From a virus, in the IMG/VR virus record IMGVR_UViG_3300009128_000008, positions 1 through 64,000 of that record: 64,000 bases of DNA. One strand, given 5' to 3'. A model generated the notes under the pieces. That model was not told where the DNA came from. It saw only the letters and a program-made list of their open reading frames with translations, and ran no database searches. The first letter of the stretch is position 1, and each line of letters begins with the position of its first letter. This document shows, piece after piece, positions 20,020-29,467 of this stretch. The position numbers were made by a program, and so were the translations under genes.

Positions 20020-21141
20020 TCATTTACAATAACGCTTAAATATAAATACTCCAAATAATATAAACAGAGTTAAGAAAAATAAATCAGATAATCCGGTGTG
20101 TTCGCGAGTGCAGCTAGTATCACAATTACAACCGTCCGTGGGTTCCAATACCAGATGCTTTTCTACACCAGAATCCACCACGCTAGCATCAGGGCAAGTA
20201 GGACATGGCTTTGTACCAGCATCACACTCTTCCTCAGGCTCCTCGGGCTCTGGTGTGTCCTCTTTCATCTCCACATACGCCTCTTGAATCCAGTCCAAAT
20301 AAGAACCAGGAATAGTATACACAGCGCCATGACCACATTCAGGAATAGTAGGCGCCCTAGACGTTACACCAGACACAAATATATTATTACCATAAGTAAC
20401 ATAAGCAGGACCACCAGAATCTCCATAACAGGCATTTCCAGCGTCAGGATTGCTTATCTCATCCTCGCCCAAAATCATTTCATACTCGCCACGCCAAGTC
20501 ACAGGCACATCAGCTGCATATAACTCATCTCCCGTAACGCCTTTCTCATGTTGTCCGTAACCGGCAATAGTTACAATATCACTCACTTTTAATACATCAT
20601 CATAATTTTCCGGAGGTAATACTGGGACAAAAACTATGTTAACAGGAGATGGAGAATTATCAACTAATAACAATGCGATATCATCATAATTTTCACCGGC
20701 CGTACCAGGATCAATGCCTGAATCTATAGGTTCTGTTGTTATGTCCTCCGGAAACCAATCATAATAATAAGAGCCTGGATGAATTGACTTGGCTAAAACT
20801 GGAAAAAAACATCCTATATCTCCTTCCCCAGGTTTTTCATACCCATACGCTATCATCATATCACTTGGATGATAACCAACACAATGGGCCGCAGTTAATA
20901 CAAGATCTGGTTTTATTAATGTTCCCGTACAGTTAGGCGTCTTGCTCGAACCAACCATTAACGCCACAATAGAAGGGTATTCAGAATGATTAGCTGGCGC
21001 GCCGTTTATGATTGGCAGCTGATTATAGGACTCGTTTTCTGAATCAACTCCGGGATTATATCCACAGCCCAAACAAAATAACAAAGTAACTAATAAACAT
21101 AAAAACTTCTTATACATTCTTTCTCCCACACAGCTCATCAC
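20020..21141 (-). CDS. Trypsin-like (S1) serine protease, lipoprotein with C-terminal membrane anchor
   Basis: 'LTAAHC', 'DIAL', 'CYGDSGGP' catalytic triad; lipobox-like 'CLGC'; GCxC + hydrophobic helix + basic tail. Likely start MYKK. Confidence 0.92.
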   Translation of the reverse strand: MMSCVGERMYKKFLCLLVTLLFCLGCGYNPGVDSENESYNQLPIINGAPANHSEYPSIVALMVGSSKTPNCTGTLIKPDLVLTAAHCVGYHPSDMMIAYGYEKPGEGDIGCFFPVLAKSIHPGSYYYDWFPEDITTEPIDSGIDPGTAGENYDDIALLLVDNSPSPVNIVFVPVLPPENYDDVLKVSDIVTIAGYGQHEKGVTGDELYAADVPVTWRGEYEMILGEDEISNPDAGNACYGDSGGPAYVTYGNNIFVSGVTSRAPTIPECGHGAVYTIPGSYLDWIQEAYVEMKEDTPEPEEPEEECDAGTKPCPTCPDASVVDSGVEKHLVLEPTDGCNCDTSCTREHTGLSDLFFLTLFILFGVFIFKRYCK

Positions 21142-21400
21142 AAAATTCTCTTCTTTTATCGGCGCTCATAATTAATTCTCTAAGATCTTCCTTCTCCTCG
21201 CCATCCATACAATCAAAACAACGCTTTAGATCTATTAAATCAATATACCAACGCTTCTCGGCCTCAAAGCACATAAAGCCAATCCTACGTTTAAACGGAT
21301 CATCTGATGGAACTATATTAGCATTTTCGACACTCTTTACATGATCTTGCATCGAACACACCAGATCTTCCCAATTATCATATACGCTGTCTTCGGACAT
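21110..21400 (-). CDS. Hypothetical protein
   Basis: ORF with upstream GAGGG, fills the gap between genes. Confidence 0.55.
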   Translation of the reverse strand: MSEDSVYDNWEDLVCSMQDHVKSVENANIVPSDDPFKRRIGFMCFEAEKRWYIDLIDLKRCFDCMDGEEKEDLRELIMSADKRREFCDELCGRKNV

Positions 21401-21407
21401 AATTCCC

Positions 21408-23138
21408 TCACGATAAATATTGGTTTATGTTATAAATCTCTACTGTATTTGTATATATCAATCTATAAGAGTTTTTGTTCTTGCGTCGTCGTATATTTTT
21501 AATTTTTGTACCACATTTATTATGAAAAATATTAGATAGTTGCCCCAAAAACATATCACTACCATTAATTTCCATATATCTCTCTGATCTACTAGACTTC
21601 GCGTCTAATCTTCCACGAATAAAATCACTTAAAAATTTGTGCGATAAAATATTACCCGGCATTTGATAATCCATATTTTTATCTGAGTTTATACCAAATC
21701 TAGTATTAAGATCCTGCACTATTTGATCAGATGATATTGATATTCTGAAAGCATTACGCATCTTATTTATTGGGGCGCTTGTCATACCGGATTGCACAAA
21801 ATTTTCCAACTCAGACTTATTTTTTGAAGTTAAAATTATAGTACTCCCATCAATCGTAGACTTTCCCAATATCCTACCAGCAAAATAAAATTGTTTCCTG
21901 CTCTCATTATCAATAGAGAAAAAATTATGATCATGCTTGTTAGACTCAGTAGAACGTTTTTCTATGCCATACTGATGAATATATTTGCGAACAGTCTCAA
22001 ACGAACATCCTAATTCTTCCGCCACCTTTTCCATTGATTGATACTTATTATACAATTGCCGAAGCTTTGATTCATCTAAATTTAACTCACGCTTAATTAA
22101 CTCTACACCACAATCTAATAATAATTGCTTTGTAGTTTTTTGTCTCTTCTGTATAATTTGGGCAATCTTTTGAATTGATTGATGCTCCTGATATAATTTT
22201 GCCAAATTTTCTTTATCTAAACTGATGTGACAAGAAGTCATCCATTTATGTGCTGCTTTGCGAAATTGCTTTAATTCCCGCTCCTTTTTTCGTTTTTCTT
22301 CTAATTTTAGCTTTTTAGAATATCTGGTTATAATTTGTTGTGCTATCTCGCGTTTTCTATCCAAACATACTGTGGCATCCTTATATAGAAAATTACATAT
22401 CTTGGCAGTAACATCGTTTCCCCCATATTCTAATACTCCAATCCCGCTATTTACGCGAATATCTTTGTTTCGTTTCGGTAAGGCACATTGCGTTTCTAAT
22501 ATCATACGGAAAACCTCTAAAAATTTAGTGGTACCTCGTAAGCTAAAAAATAATTGCCTCTCTGTTCTACCGCCATATATCTTAGAATAATATAGACTTC
22601 CATCTCCATCAAAATATCCTCGCATAAAATGACGAACTAATTTATGATCTATCAACCATTCCGGAAAAGTATATATGTGAGACTTACGCGGAACTATATT
22701 AAAACGCTTAAGATCTGAGCACAACCGATCAGATGTTATTCGCAACTCACAGCTAGGATAGTCCTTATGATAGCTACCTATAGGGTTTTGTGCTGCCAAA
22801 GCCTTTTTAATTTTAATTAAATGTTGATGATCTTTTTCAGATAACCCAATAAACAAAATATTTGAAGCTCTTTGGTCTAATACGCAACCATCGGCGGCGA
22901 TAAACCCCGCCCAATAAAAAGATTGTTCATTATTTATAGAGAAAAAATCATGATTACAATTATATCTTATTTGTGGCTTAACATATAGACCACATTCCAA
23001 CATATAACTTTTGACTGTACCTCCGGCACAACCCATCTCACGCCCAACAGCTTTGCAAGATCCTAAGCGGCTATATGCTTCTGCCAACTTGTCCTTTGTT
23101 AGTTTATTTTGTAATGTATTATCTTTTCCTCGTGCCAT
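21408..23138 (-). CDS. Tandem HTH-LAGLIDADG endonuclease, second module degenerate
   Basis: 'YWAGFIAADG' and 'FMRGYFDGDG', then a repeat reading 'YFAGRILGKS' and 'FIRGRLDAKS'; GGAGG RBS. Confidence 0.82.
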   Translation of the reverse strand: MARGKDNTLQNKLTKDKLAEAYSRLGSCKAVGREMGCAGGTVKSYMLECGLYVKPQIRYNCNHDFFSINNEQSFYWAGFIAADGCVLDQRASNILFIGLSEKDHQHLIKIKKALAAQNPIGSYHKDYPSCELRITSDRLCSDLKRFNIVPRKSHIYTFPEWLIDHKLVRHFMRGYFDGDGSLYYSKIYGGRTERQLFFSLRGTTKFLEVFRMILETQCALPKRNKDIRVNSGIGVLEYGGNDVTAKICNFLYKDATVCLDRKREIAQQIITRYSKKLKLEEKRKKERELKQFRKAAHKWMTSCHISLDKENLAKLYQEHQSIQKIAQIIQKRQKTTKQLLLDCGVELIKRELNLDESKLRQLYNKYQSMEKVAEELGCSFETVRKYIHQYGIEKRSTESNKHDHNFFSIDNESRKQFYFAGRILGKSTIDGSTIILTSKNKSELENFVQSGMTSAPINKMRNAFRISISSDQIVQDLNTRFGINSDKNMDYQMPGNILSHKFLSDFIRGRLDAKSSRSERYMEINGSDMFLGQLSNIFHNKCGTKIKNIRRRKNKNSYRLIYTNTVEIYNINQYLS

Positions 23139-23242
23139 TTTGTCCTCCTGTATATGTATATAACACAGGAAATAACAAATTTAGCGTGCTCGAAGAAAAA
23201 GATACAAGAAACCCTCCAAAATCACCTAAGTGCTTGATATCA

Positions 23243-24145
23243 TTAAATAATTTGCCTTGCTCTCAGGTGCCTAAGCCTTGCCAGAGCAGGATGTCTAGCC
23301 GTGCTTATCGTCAAAGTGCCCAAGCCAATCGGTCCTGGTTTCATGTTGAACTTAATCAATTTAACTTTTTCAAAATGATTAGCCAACTCAGCAGCCCATT
23401 CAGTTTGCATTAAGTCAGACACGCCGGGAGGAGTAAATTGAATCCCCTGATCATTAATCTGGAACTCTCTACCTCTCTCCAATAACGCCTTGCTAGATAG
23501 AGCCATTAATGTTGCGCCTTGAACAATTACATCATGGAATTGAGCAATAATTTCCGTATCTTCAAATGTAAAAAAAGTAAAATGCGGAATCTCATTAAAC
23601 AGGCTTAATGAGTTGGCGATAAAAGAGACTAACGAGTCTATATTGTAAATATCACAATCTACATATACGTCATTTCCCCATTGGTCTGTAGACTTTACCT
23701 TGCCTCTACTATCCAGTCTGGCTCGTAATGTTTTAATTAGAAGGTTTATATTATGTATAGCAATTTGGCTATAATTGAACCCAGGATCATCTCCTAAATG
23801 CTCATAACCGTCAGTATTTACGGCTGGCATTTGTGTGTTCTGAACCACAAAATTAAATGATCCTGAGACACGATACCCATTCATAACACCATCCCAGATA
23901 TCATTCCAAACGCCCAAAGCGGCATTAAAACCTACGGCGAAATCATATCCATATAATCCGGTGCTAACTCTATATACACCGGCATTTGTAGGTCCAATAA
24001 CTACATTACCACTAGGCTCTTCAATAGTAACGGTAGGAAGAGCATCCAAATCTGCAGGGTTACCATCAGCGCCACGAAATAAAGCGCGCAATTGTACGGT
24101 TTCAGTGTGCCCTACAGTTTGTCCTCTAGACCTCAATACTACCAT
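23243..24145 (-). CDS. Head-tail adaptor/neck protein with Ig-like N-terminal domain
   Basis: Beta-rich N-terminus then helical adaptor-like domain ('LRARLD…SLSLFNEIP…INDQG'); position between capsid and tail genes. Confidence 0.55.
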   Translation of the reverse strand: MVVLRSRGQTVGHTETVQLRALFRGADGNPADLDALPTVTIEEPSGNVVIGPTNAGVYRVSTGLYGYDFAVGFNAALGVWNDIWDGVMNGYRVSGSFNFVVQNTQMPAVNTDGYEHLGDDPGFNYSQIAIHNINLLIKTLRARLDSRGKVKSTDQWGNDVYVDCDIYNIDSLVSFIANSLSLFNEIPHFTFFTFEDTEIIAQFHDVIVQGATLMALSSKALLERGREFQINDQGIQFTPPGVSDLMQTEWAAELANHFEKVKLIKFNMKPGPIGLGTLTISTARHPALARLRHLRARQII

Positions 24146-24161
24146 GATATACCTCAGTTAA

Positions 24162-24175
24162 ATGTCAAAATATTA
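24162..24175 (-). promoter_or_regulatory. Candidate phage late-promoter motif TAATATTTTGACAT (best copy)
   Basis: Related 14-mers at 3427, 16315, 19079, 20002, 24580, 26720 and 58296, all upstream of minus-strand genes. Confidence 0.55.
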
Positions 24176-24213
24176 CGATAAACTTCGGGTATATAATATG
24201 AAATATGAAATAA

Positions 24214-24573
24214 TTAAGATGGGTACACCGCCAAATTACCTAAGGGCAATGAAACATTAATTAAATACGTATCATAAAAATTAGCCACTCCAGTATGAGG
24301 ATCTGGCACTGGACCCTGGTACACAACTCTCAATATATACGTTCCCAAATTAGTAGTACTACTAGGAACAACAAAAGAACCACGATATGTTCCAACAGAA
24401 ATTCTAGTAAGTGGAACAGGGTAGCCACCTACTGCAGCTCCAGTTGGATCTATCACTGATTCAATAAATGGCATATAGCCATCTACAAGATTTCCCCAAA
24501 GCCCTTGAGACAACACATTTGCGGAAAATGAAATCGTTTGTCCTGGGTTCGCATTAATATTAACTGTACTCAT
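24214..24573 (-). CDS. Small Ig-like structural protein
   Basis: 'ISVGTYRGSF…GTYILRV' beta-sandwich, similar to the N-terminal domain of 23243..24145 (VSTGLYGYDF…GVWND). Confidence 0.5.
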   Translation of the reverse strand: MSTVNINANPGQTISFSANVLSQGLWGNLVDGYMPFIESVIDPTGAAVGGYPVPLTRISVGTYRGSFVVPSSTTNLGTYILRVVYQGPVPDPHTGVANFYDTYLINVSLPLGNLAVYPS

Positions 24574-24598
24574 ATCAACATGCCAAATTATGCAAAAT

Positions 24599-24958
24599 CT
24601 ATTCTAATTTCTCTTTAAACAACTCAGACATTTCTTCCGCGTATTTCTCGTCGGAAAATACAATCTCTTCATACTGCGGCATATCAACTTTGGCAGGAGC
24701 TTTTCGTCTCATTTGCATAGGTTGATTTGCTTTATGCTTCCTGGGGTTGCCCGGAAAATTTGGCTCCTCATAACTTACTTTAATTAAACCGTTTTTCTTG
24801 CATAAAGATCCGGTTTTTTTAGACTTTTCCAACCTATCGACGGAATAAGAGAAGTGTTTTTTATCAAGTAAATTATAATATCTACCCGCCGGAATAGTTA
24901 AATTTAGGTCCGACAAACAAACATTCTTCTTTGAAATATTGATTACCCAGAATTCCAT
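24599..24958 (-). CDS. Hypothetical protein
   Basis: Translationally coupled ORF (stop/start overlap at 24958). Confidence 0.55.
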   Translation of the reverse strand: MEFWVINISKKNVCLSDLNLTIPAGRYYNLLDKKHFSYSVDRLEKSKKTGSLCKKNGLIKVSYEEPNFPGNPRKHKANQPMQMRRKAPAKVDMPQYEEIVFSDEKYAEEMSELFKEKLE

Positions 24959-25218
24959 TATTCTATTACTTTTACATCGATTGCCTTATCATCTCCAGAG
25001 TTGTTTTTACCAATAGAAAATGATACTCTCTGTCCTGCCTTTAGAATTTTAAATCCCGTCATATTTATATCACTATAATGACAAAACATATCTTTTTGCT
25101 TTACTTTATCTTTTTCCCAATTAAGGAATCCAAACCCCATCTTGGAATCAAACCAATCTACTACGCCCTCAAAAACTTCCTTGTCTTCGCTCATATCTTT
25201 CTCCTTACAAATGTACAA
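24958..25218 (-). CDS. Cold-shock domain protein
   Basis: 'GVVDWFDSKMGFGFL…DMFCHYSDI…GFKILKAGQRVSF' RNP1/RNP2 motifs; probable start MSEDK. Confidence 0.92.
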   Translation of the reverse strand: MYICKEKDMSEDKEVFEGVVDWFDSKMGFGFLNWEKDKVKQKDMFCHYSDINMTGFKILKAGQRVSFSIGKNNSGDDKAIDVKVIE

Positions 25219-25235
25219 ATATGCAAACTTATGCG

Positions 25236-25535
25236 CTATTTAGGATCTTGTTCTTTGCCTACATCTTCTGGCGGAATAACAGCCTCACCATTAATTGTAA
25301 GGCCTCCATAACAATCAAATAATTTATATAGCTCAGCAATCGCGACCTTACCCATATGTTCACGCTCAACCTCATTAGTACAATTTTGTATCAATTTATC
25401 ATACTTATCCAATAGTCTTACAACATCAGTATAACAGCCAAAATTCCTTGCCTGATTTAGTAATGCTCGGCGGAACTCTACCTCAGATACAACTTTTCCC
25501 TCTGGTTTAAATTTATTACTCATTGTCTTCCTCAT
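25236..25535 (-). CDS. Hypothetical protein
   Basis: ORF in operon context. Confidence 0.55.
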   Translation of the reverse strand: MRKTMSNKFKPEGKVVSEVEFRRALLNQARNFGCYTDVVRLLDKYDKLIQNCTNEVEREHMGKVAIAELYKLFDCYGGLTINGEAVIPPEDVGKEQDPK

Positions 25536-25857
25536 CTTTTACAAATGTAACTCTAGATTGTTTGGGTTTATGTGTAAAATACGGCTCATCTATATCAATA
25601 TTCTTTTTGCCGTCTAATTCATAAACTAACGTTCTAGCATATGGTAATTGTGTACTTGGGTATAGACCGATTATTTTTAGACGATTAGTATTATGTAGTA
25701 AATAATGATGGTTAGAACATAAAATTGCCGTATTAAAATTATGATTACTAGTTCCGATTTCAGTGCGGCCTATTATATGATGCTTGTGGAGCATGGCAGG
25801 ATCTGACACGCTACAGCCATCTATCTCACATACTATTTTTTTCAATTTCTTCTTCAT
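25516..25857 (-). CDS. Small HNH-like zinc-binding protein
   Basis: 'CEIDGC…HKHHI…N…ILCSNHH'. Confidence 0.65.
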   Translation of the reverse strand: MKKKLKKIVCEIDGCSVSDPAMLHKHHIIGRTEIGTSNHNFNTAILCSNHHYLLHNTNRLKIIGLYPSTQLPYARTLVYELDGKKNIDIDEPYFTHKPKQSRVTFVKDEEDNE

Positions 25858-26713
25858 ACATGTCCAATATATCTTTTGCCCACTTTACCAAATCTTCCGG
25901 CGTTTGTCCCGGAGGATGGCGAGAGACCCATATTTCCAAGTTTTCAGGCCTATTATCATGACGAATGCCATTTTTATGATGAACATATTCAAATTTTCTT
26001 AATGGCCTGCCTATTTTTTCACTCATAACAAATCTATGTTCTAAAATTCTACCTCCAACCTGGGCATTAGGATGATCTGGCTTATAAACTAATCTATATC
26101 CATATTCATTTATACTTCCGGCGCCATTTTCTGCAATTAACATTTTTAACGGATCTTTAAATTTTAAAAATCTAGTATAATGTTTACTACAATAACCTTT
26201 AGATCTTACTTTGCCAAAACACCTATATACACTACATATATCAGATACTTTATGTAACTCTAAATTCTCAAGCCTATTATCTAATTTGTCGCCATTTTTA
26301 TGGATAACTTTCTCATCTTTATTTATTGGCCTATTTATATTTTCACTCATTATATATACGTGCTCTTGTATCCTGCCATTTTTAAAAGAGTTTGGATGAT
26401 TTGGTTTATAAATATATCTTATATTTCCATCCACATACCCTGAGCCATTTTTATTAAATAATGTAAAGTTAGGATCTCCATGCTTTTTATAGCGATAATA
26501 ATGTTTTTGACAATATCCTAACGCACAATGTATTTTGTTACATCCGTCCAAAGAACATAATCTTATTTTTTTTGTTGTCTTTTTTCTATTTTTATAATTA
26601 GGCTTTTTAACAATTAATGGATCTCCATGTTTTTTATATCTTACAGAATGTTTATTGCAATAACCATATCTGCGCTGTTTTTCATCACACCCTTCAACAT
26701 TACACTTTTTCAT
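25826..26713 (-). CDS. HNH homing endonuclease with duplicated HNH domain and three Cys/His repeats
   Basis: 'EH..M…VIHKNGDKLDNRLENL' and 'EHR…VHHKNGIRHDNRPENL'; three 'C…C…GYCxKH' repeats. Confidence 0.88.
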   Translation of the reverse strand: MKKCNVEGCDEKQRRYGYCNKHSVRYKKHGDPLIVKKPNYKNRKKTTKKIRLCSLDGCNKIHCALGYCQKHYYRYKKHGDPNFTLFNKNGSGYVDGNIRYIYKPNHPNSFKNGRIQEHVYIMSENINRPINKDEKVIHKNGDKLDNRLENLELHKVSDICSVYRCFGKVRSKGYCSKHYTRFLKFKDPLKMLIAENGAGSINEYGYRLVYKPDHPNAQVGGRILEHRFVMSEKIGRPLRKFEYVHHKNGIRHDNRPENLEIWVSRHPPGQTPEDLVKWAKDILDMYEEEIEKNSM

Positions 26714-26776
26714 ATTAAAATGTCACAATATTACCACATATTACTGTTTATACATTACATGGTAATTTTAAACTTA

Positions 26777-27850
26777 TTATACCATCTTTCTTAATTGGTT
26801 TATAAAACATTCCGCATCTAATTTATTATACTCGCCCCACTGACTTACCCGGATATAATCTTGACCATCACTAGGACGATTTAAAGCCTGCATCAAAGGG
26901 GAGCCACCAGTATATAATGATCCGCAGGCACTCCCAAGCCCAATATGTACTCCAGAATTTCCTAATAAATTCAATATCCTAAAAGCATCACCAGTTTTGG
27001 GCGTCTTGGCAAATGTTGTATTTGGACATCTATCAGCCTTCTCTCCAATTATCTCAAAACCCATATTACTCAGTTCTGGCTCTATAACGTCCCTAAAAGA
27101 AATCATATTATCTCTACGTTCATCTAATGTATTTATCGCGTGCTCCAATGCCACCGCTGTAGCAGCTATTCCACCAACATTCGGTGTGCCTGGAGTATCC
27201 ATTACATATCTCGACCCGGTGCCATATTCTTTCCAGCAATCAGTGTTTTTTAAATAAATCCACCCCACACCAGAAGGGCCTCCAAATTTATGAGCGCCAA
27301 AAACCGCAATATCAACATCTAAATCAGATACATTAACAGATATTTTCCCTAAAGATTGAGACATATCAGAGAATAAATATTTTTTATTAAACTTGCCGAT
27401 ATCTTGTATGGTGCCTATTTCATTTTGCATGTGGATACAAATAATATTATCTTGCCTTTTATACGAAACCTGGCCATCAGAATTTACTGGTATTTTCTGG
27501 ATTTGTTTGCCAAATATATCCTCGGCAGCAGTATAAACAGCTGGATGTTCTATTTGAGATAGCCAAATATCATCAATAAACCCAGTTAGTTCGACCAGTA
27601 ATAATAAACCCCACTCACACGCAGAAGTACATCCACTAGTAAATATTATTTGACTAGATTTTTGCGCTCCAATTAATTTCGCAATCTTTCCGCGAGCTTC
27701 TTCTATAGCGCTGGCAGCCGCTCGACCTAACTTAGATGGAGATAGCGGATGTCCATGACCAGCAACAGAATCATTGAATTTACAATAAAAATCTATTACG
27801 CCCTGGCTCATAGGTAGATGAGCATTAGCATCTAAAAATAGTTCTTTCAT
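26777..27850 (-). CDS. iscS: Class I cysteine desulfurase (IscS/NifS-like)
   Basis: 'FLDANA', 'IIFTSGCT', 'IEHPAV', 'NEIGTIQ', 'DMSQSLGK', PLP lysine in 'AHKFGGP', catalytic 'GSAC'. Confidence 0.9.
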   Translation of the reverse strand: MKELFLDANAHLPMSQGVIDFYCKFNDSVAGHGHPLSPSKLGRAAASAIEEARGKIAKLIGAQKSSQIIFTSGCTSACEWGLLLLVELTGFIDDIWLSQIEHPAVYTAAEDIFGKQIQKIPVNSDGQVSYKRQDNIICIHMQNEIGTIQDIGKFNKKYLFSDMSQSLGKISVNVSDLDVDIAVFGAHKFGGPSGVGWIYLKNTDCWKEYGTGSRYVMDTPGTPNVGGIAATAVALEHAINTLDERRDNMISFRDVIEPELSNMGFEIIGEKADRCPNTTFAKTPKTGDAFRILNLLGNSGVHIGLGSACGSLYTGGSPLMQALNRPSDGQDYIRVSQWGEYNKLDAECFINQLRKMV

Positions 27851-27898
27851 GCTATATATATATAACGATAATATTTGTTTTTTTACACAATCACACTA

Positions 27899-28204
27899 TT
27901 ACATAGCAGCCCAGGCTTCAACTCTAATCTGCTGACCTGGATTTGCCGTTCTAAACCAAATATAGCTCACTCGCCGATTATTAAAAAATAATGCGGATGT
28001 GTCTGTACCAGGCATTAAATCGCCATGAAGAGTGCGCCCATTAAAACTATACTCTACCCTTTGAGTACCTTCGTTAATTAAAGAAAAGGAAGACAATCCA
28101 CGGAAATTAAACTCAATTTGTGAATTAGCTGGAAAAGCTGCCGGAGTAACATTTACTCTCCTAAAAAAATTAAAATCTTTTCCTTGTGTTATTGGTGCTG
28201 CCAT
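27899..28204 (-). CDS. Small beta-sandwich protein, possibly a capsid accessory
   Basis: All-beta pattern, directly downstream of the major capsid gene. Confidence 0.5.
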   Translation of the reverse strand: MAAPITQGKDFNFFRRVNVTPAAFPANSQIEFNFRGLSSFSLINEGTQRVEYSFNGRTLHGDLMPGTDTSALFFNNRRVSYIWFRTANPGQQIRVEAWAAM

Positions 28205-28272
28205 AATTACCCCTATACCTGTTGTAAATTCACTTCACTATTATGTTTTTTTATTATAAGTGAAACCTAAAT

Positions 28273-28309
28273 AAAACAAAAAAGCCCGCATAATAATTTA
28301 TACGGGCTT
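28273..28309 (-). terminator. Rho-independent terminator after the major capsid gene
   Basis: aagcccg…cgggctt stem followed by a U-tract on the minus strand. Confidence 0.75.
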
Positions 28310-28346
28310 AAATTTAAGTCAGTAGACTATTTTGTAGTAATCTAGC

Positions 28347-29357
28347 TTATGCGCCAATTACAGTGCTCTTGTTACCAGCAGATACGCCGCGAGGATTGAC
28401 AATACCAAGACCAATGATCTCGGAAACAACCCAGCCCAACTTAAGCTGCTTGGGTTCATCAGCAGGAAGAACCTCAATATCCTGTCGAACGGGCATTACG
28501 CCTACGAACTCAGGATCGGCACAAGCAAATACTGTACCAGCAGGAACGATCTTGGAAACCATAAGATCGGCGCCCCAAATATGAGCATGCAGACCAGTCT
28601 GTAGAATCTCACGATGGGTCACAGGATCAATATCACCAACACCAACAGCACCACCACCGGACGACCAATTAAGGATGTCGGTGAATTCGTTGATATTCAT
28701 GAAGAACTTGGTCGTAACAAGGTCCCAACGGTCAACTTGCTGCTTTAGCTCGACAAGGTCGCGCCTTAGCATACCACCGTCAGCAATGTCTTGTAGGGTG
28801 TTCTCAGCCTGAGCAGCAGCATTAAGAGCCGCAAAACCATTAGCATCTTCTTGTGCCATGATTTCTTGACGGGCCTTCTGCACTGCACGGTCAATAACGT
28901 TAAATCTTCGCCTCTTAACCTCAGCAATACGAACTGTTGGATTTGAGTAAATCTCAAACTCAGGAACAGTTACACGATCGCCAAATACGCGACTCTCTGG
29001 GCCAGTACCATTGCTAGAAATAACAACAGCAGCCACATCGATATCACGATCATAAACAGGGAGTGCACCCTGAGGTAGCGGATCAACAACTAGCGCCCTA
29101 CGAAAGATACCTTGATAGTCAAGATTCCTACGAATTGGATTAGCCATAGCTTGAGCCAAAGCGATTTTGCCGTCATGACTCATAATAGCACGGGAAATTA
29201 GCTCATCACGTGCATCATCTGTCAGGCCTGGCTGACCACTTAGAGCTAGATTTGAAGGTGTGTTATCTTCAATAATTGAAGCGTACTTAGTTAGGGTAGT
29301 AAGTGCATCCTTAAGACTGGAAGCATTAATTTCTCCCTGGGTATTAAACATATTCAT
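28347..29357 (-). CDS. Major capsid protein (HK97 fold)
   Basis: 'ALAQAMANPIRRNLDY…VDPLPQGALPVYD…VPEFEI…AQED…IWGADL' pattern; AGGAG RBS; terminator downstream; follows a decoration-like gene. Confidence 0.85.
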   Translation of the reverse strand: MNMFNTQGEINASSLKDALTTLTKYASIIEDNTPSNLALSGQPGLTDDARDELISRAIMSHDGKIALAQAMANPIRRNLDYQGIFRRALVVDPLPQGALPVYDRDIDVAAVVISSNGTGPESRVFGDRVTVPEFEIYSNPTVRIAEVKRRRFNVIDRAVQKARQEIMAQEDANGFAALNAAAQAENTLQDIADGGMLRRDLVELKQQVDRWDLVTTKFFMNINEFTDILNWSSGGGAVGVGDIDPVTHREILQTGLHAHIWGADLMVSKIVPAGTVFACADPEFVGVMPVRQDIEVLPADEPKQLKLGWVVSEIIGLGIVNPRGVSAGNKSTVIGA

Positions 29358-29418
29358 AGTATATATACTCCTACGAGGTTAAAAGGCTACTCGCTAAGCC
29401 AGTAACCGTGATTAAAAC

Positions 29419-29456
29419 TTGAACAATCGGGCGCCCGATCACGGGCGCCCATTCAA
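29419..29456 (-). promoter_or_regulatory. GC-rich stem-loop between the decoration and capsid genes
   Basis: gggcgcccg-atca-cgggcgccc flanked by ttgaa…ttcaa. Confidence 0.55.
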
Positions 29457-29467
29457 CTTAGGTTAGA

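Noticed and set aside
16452-26713. Group I introns or inteins hosting the endonucleases
   Set aside because: Flanking genes appear intact with their own starts and stops; no intein splice motifs or room for ribozyme cores were seen.
26777-29357. Cellular encapsulin operon
   Set aside because: Portal, terminase, protease, neck and tail genes show the HK97-fold protein is a true phage capsid, and the desulfurase is class I without a loading domain.
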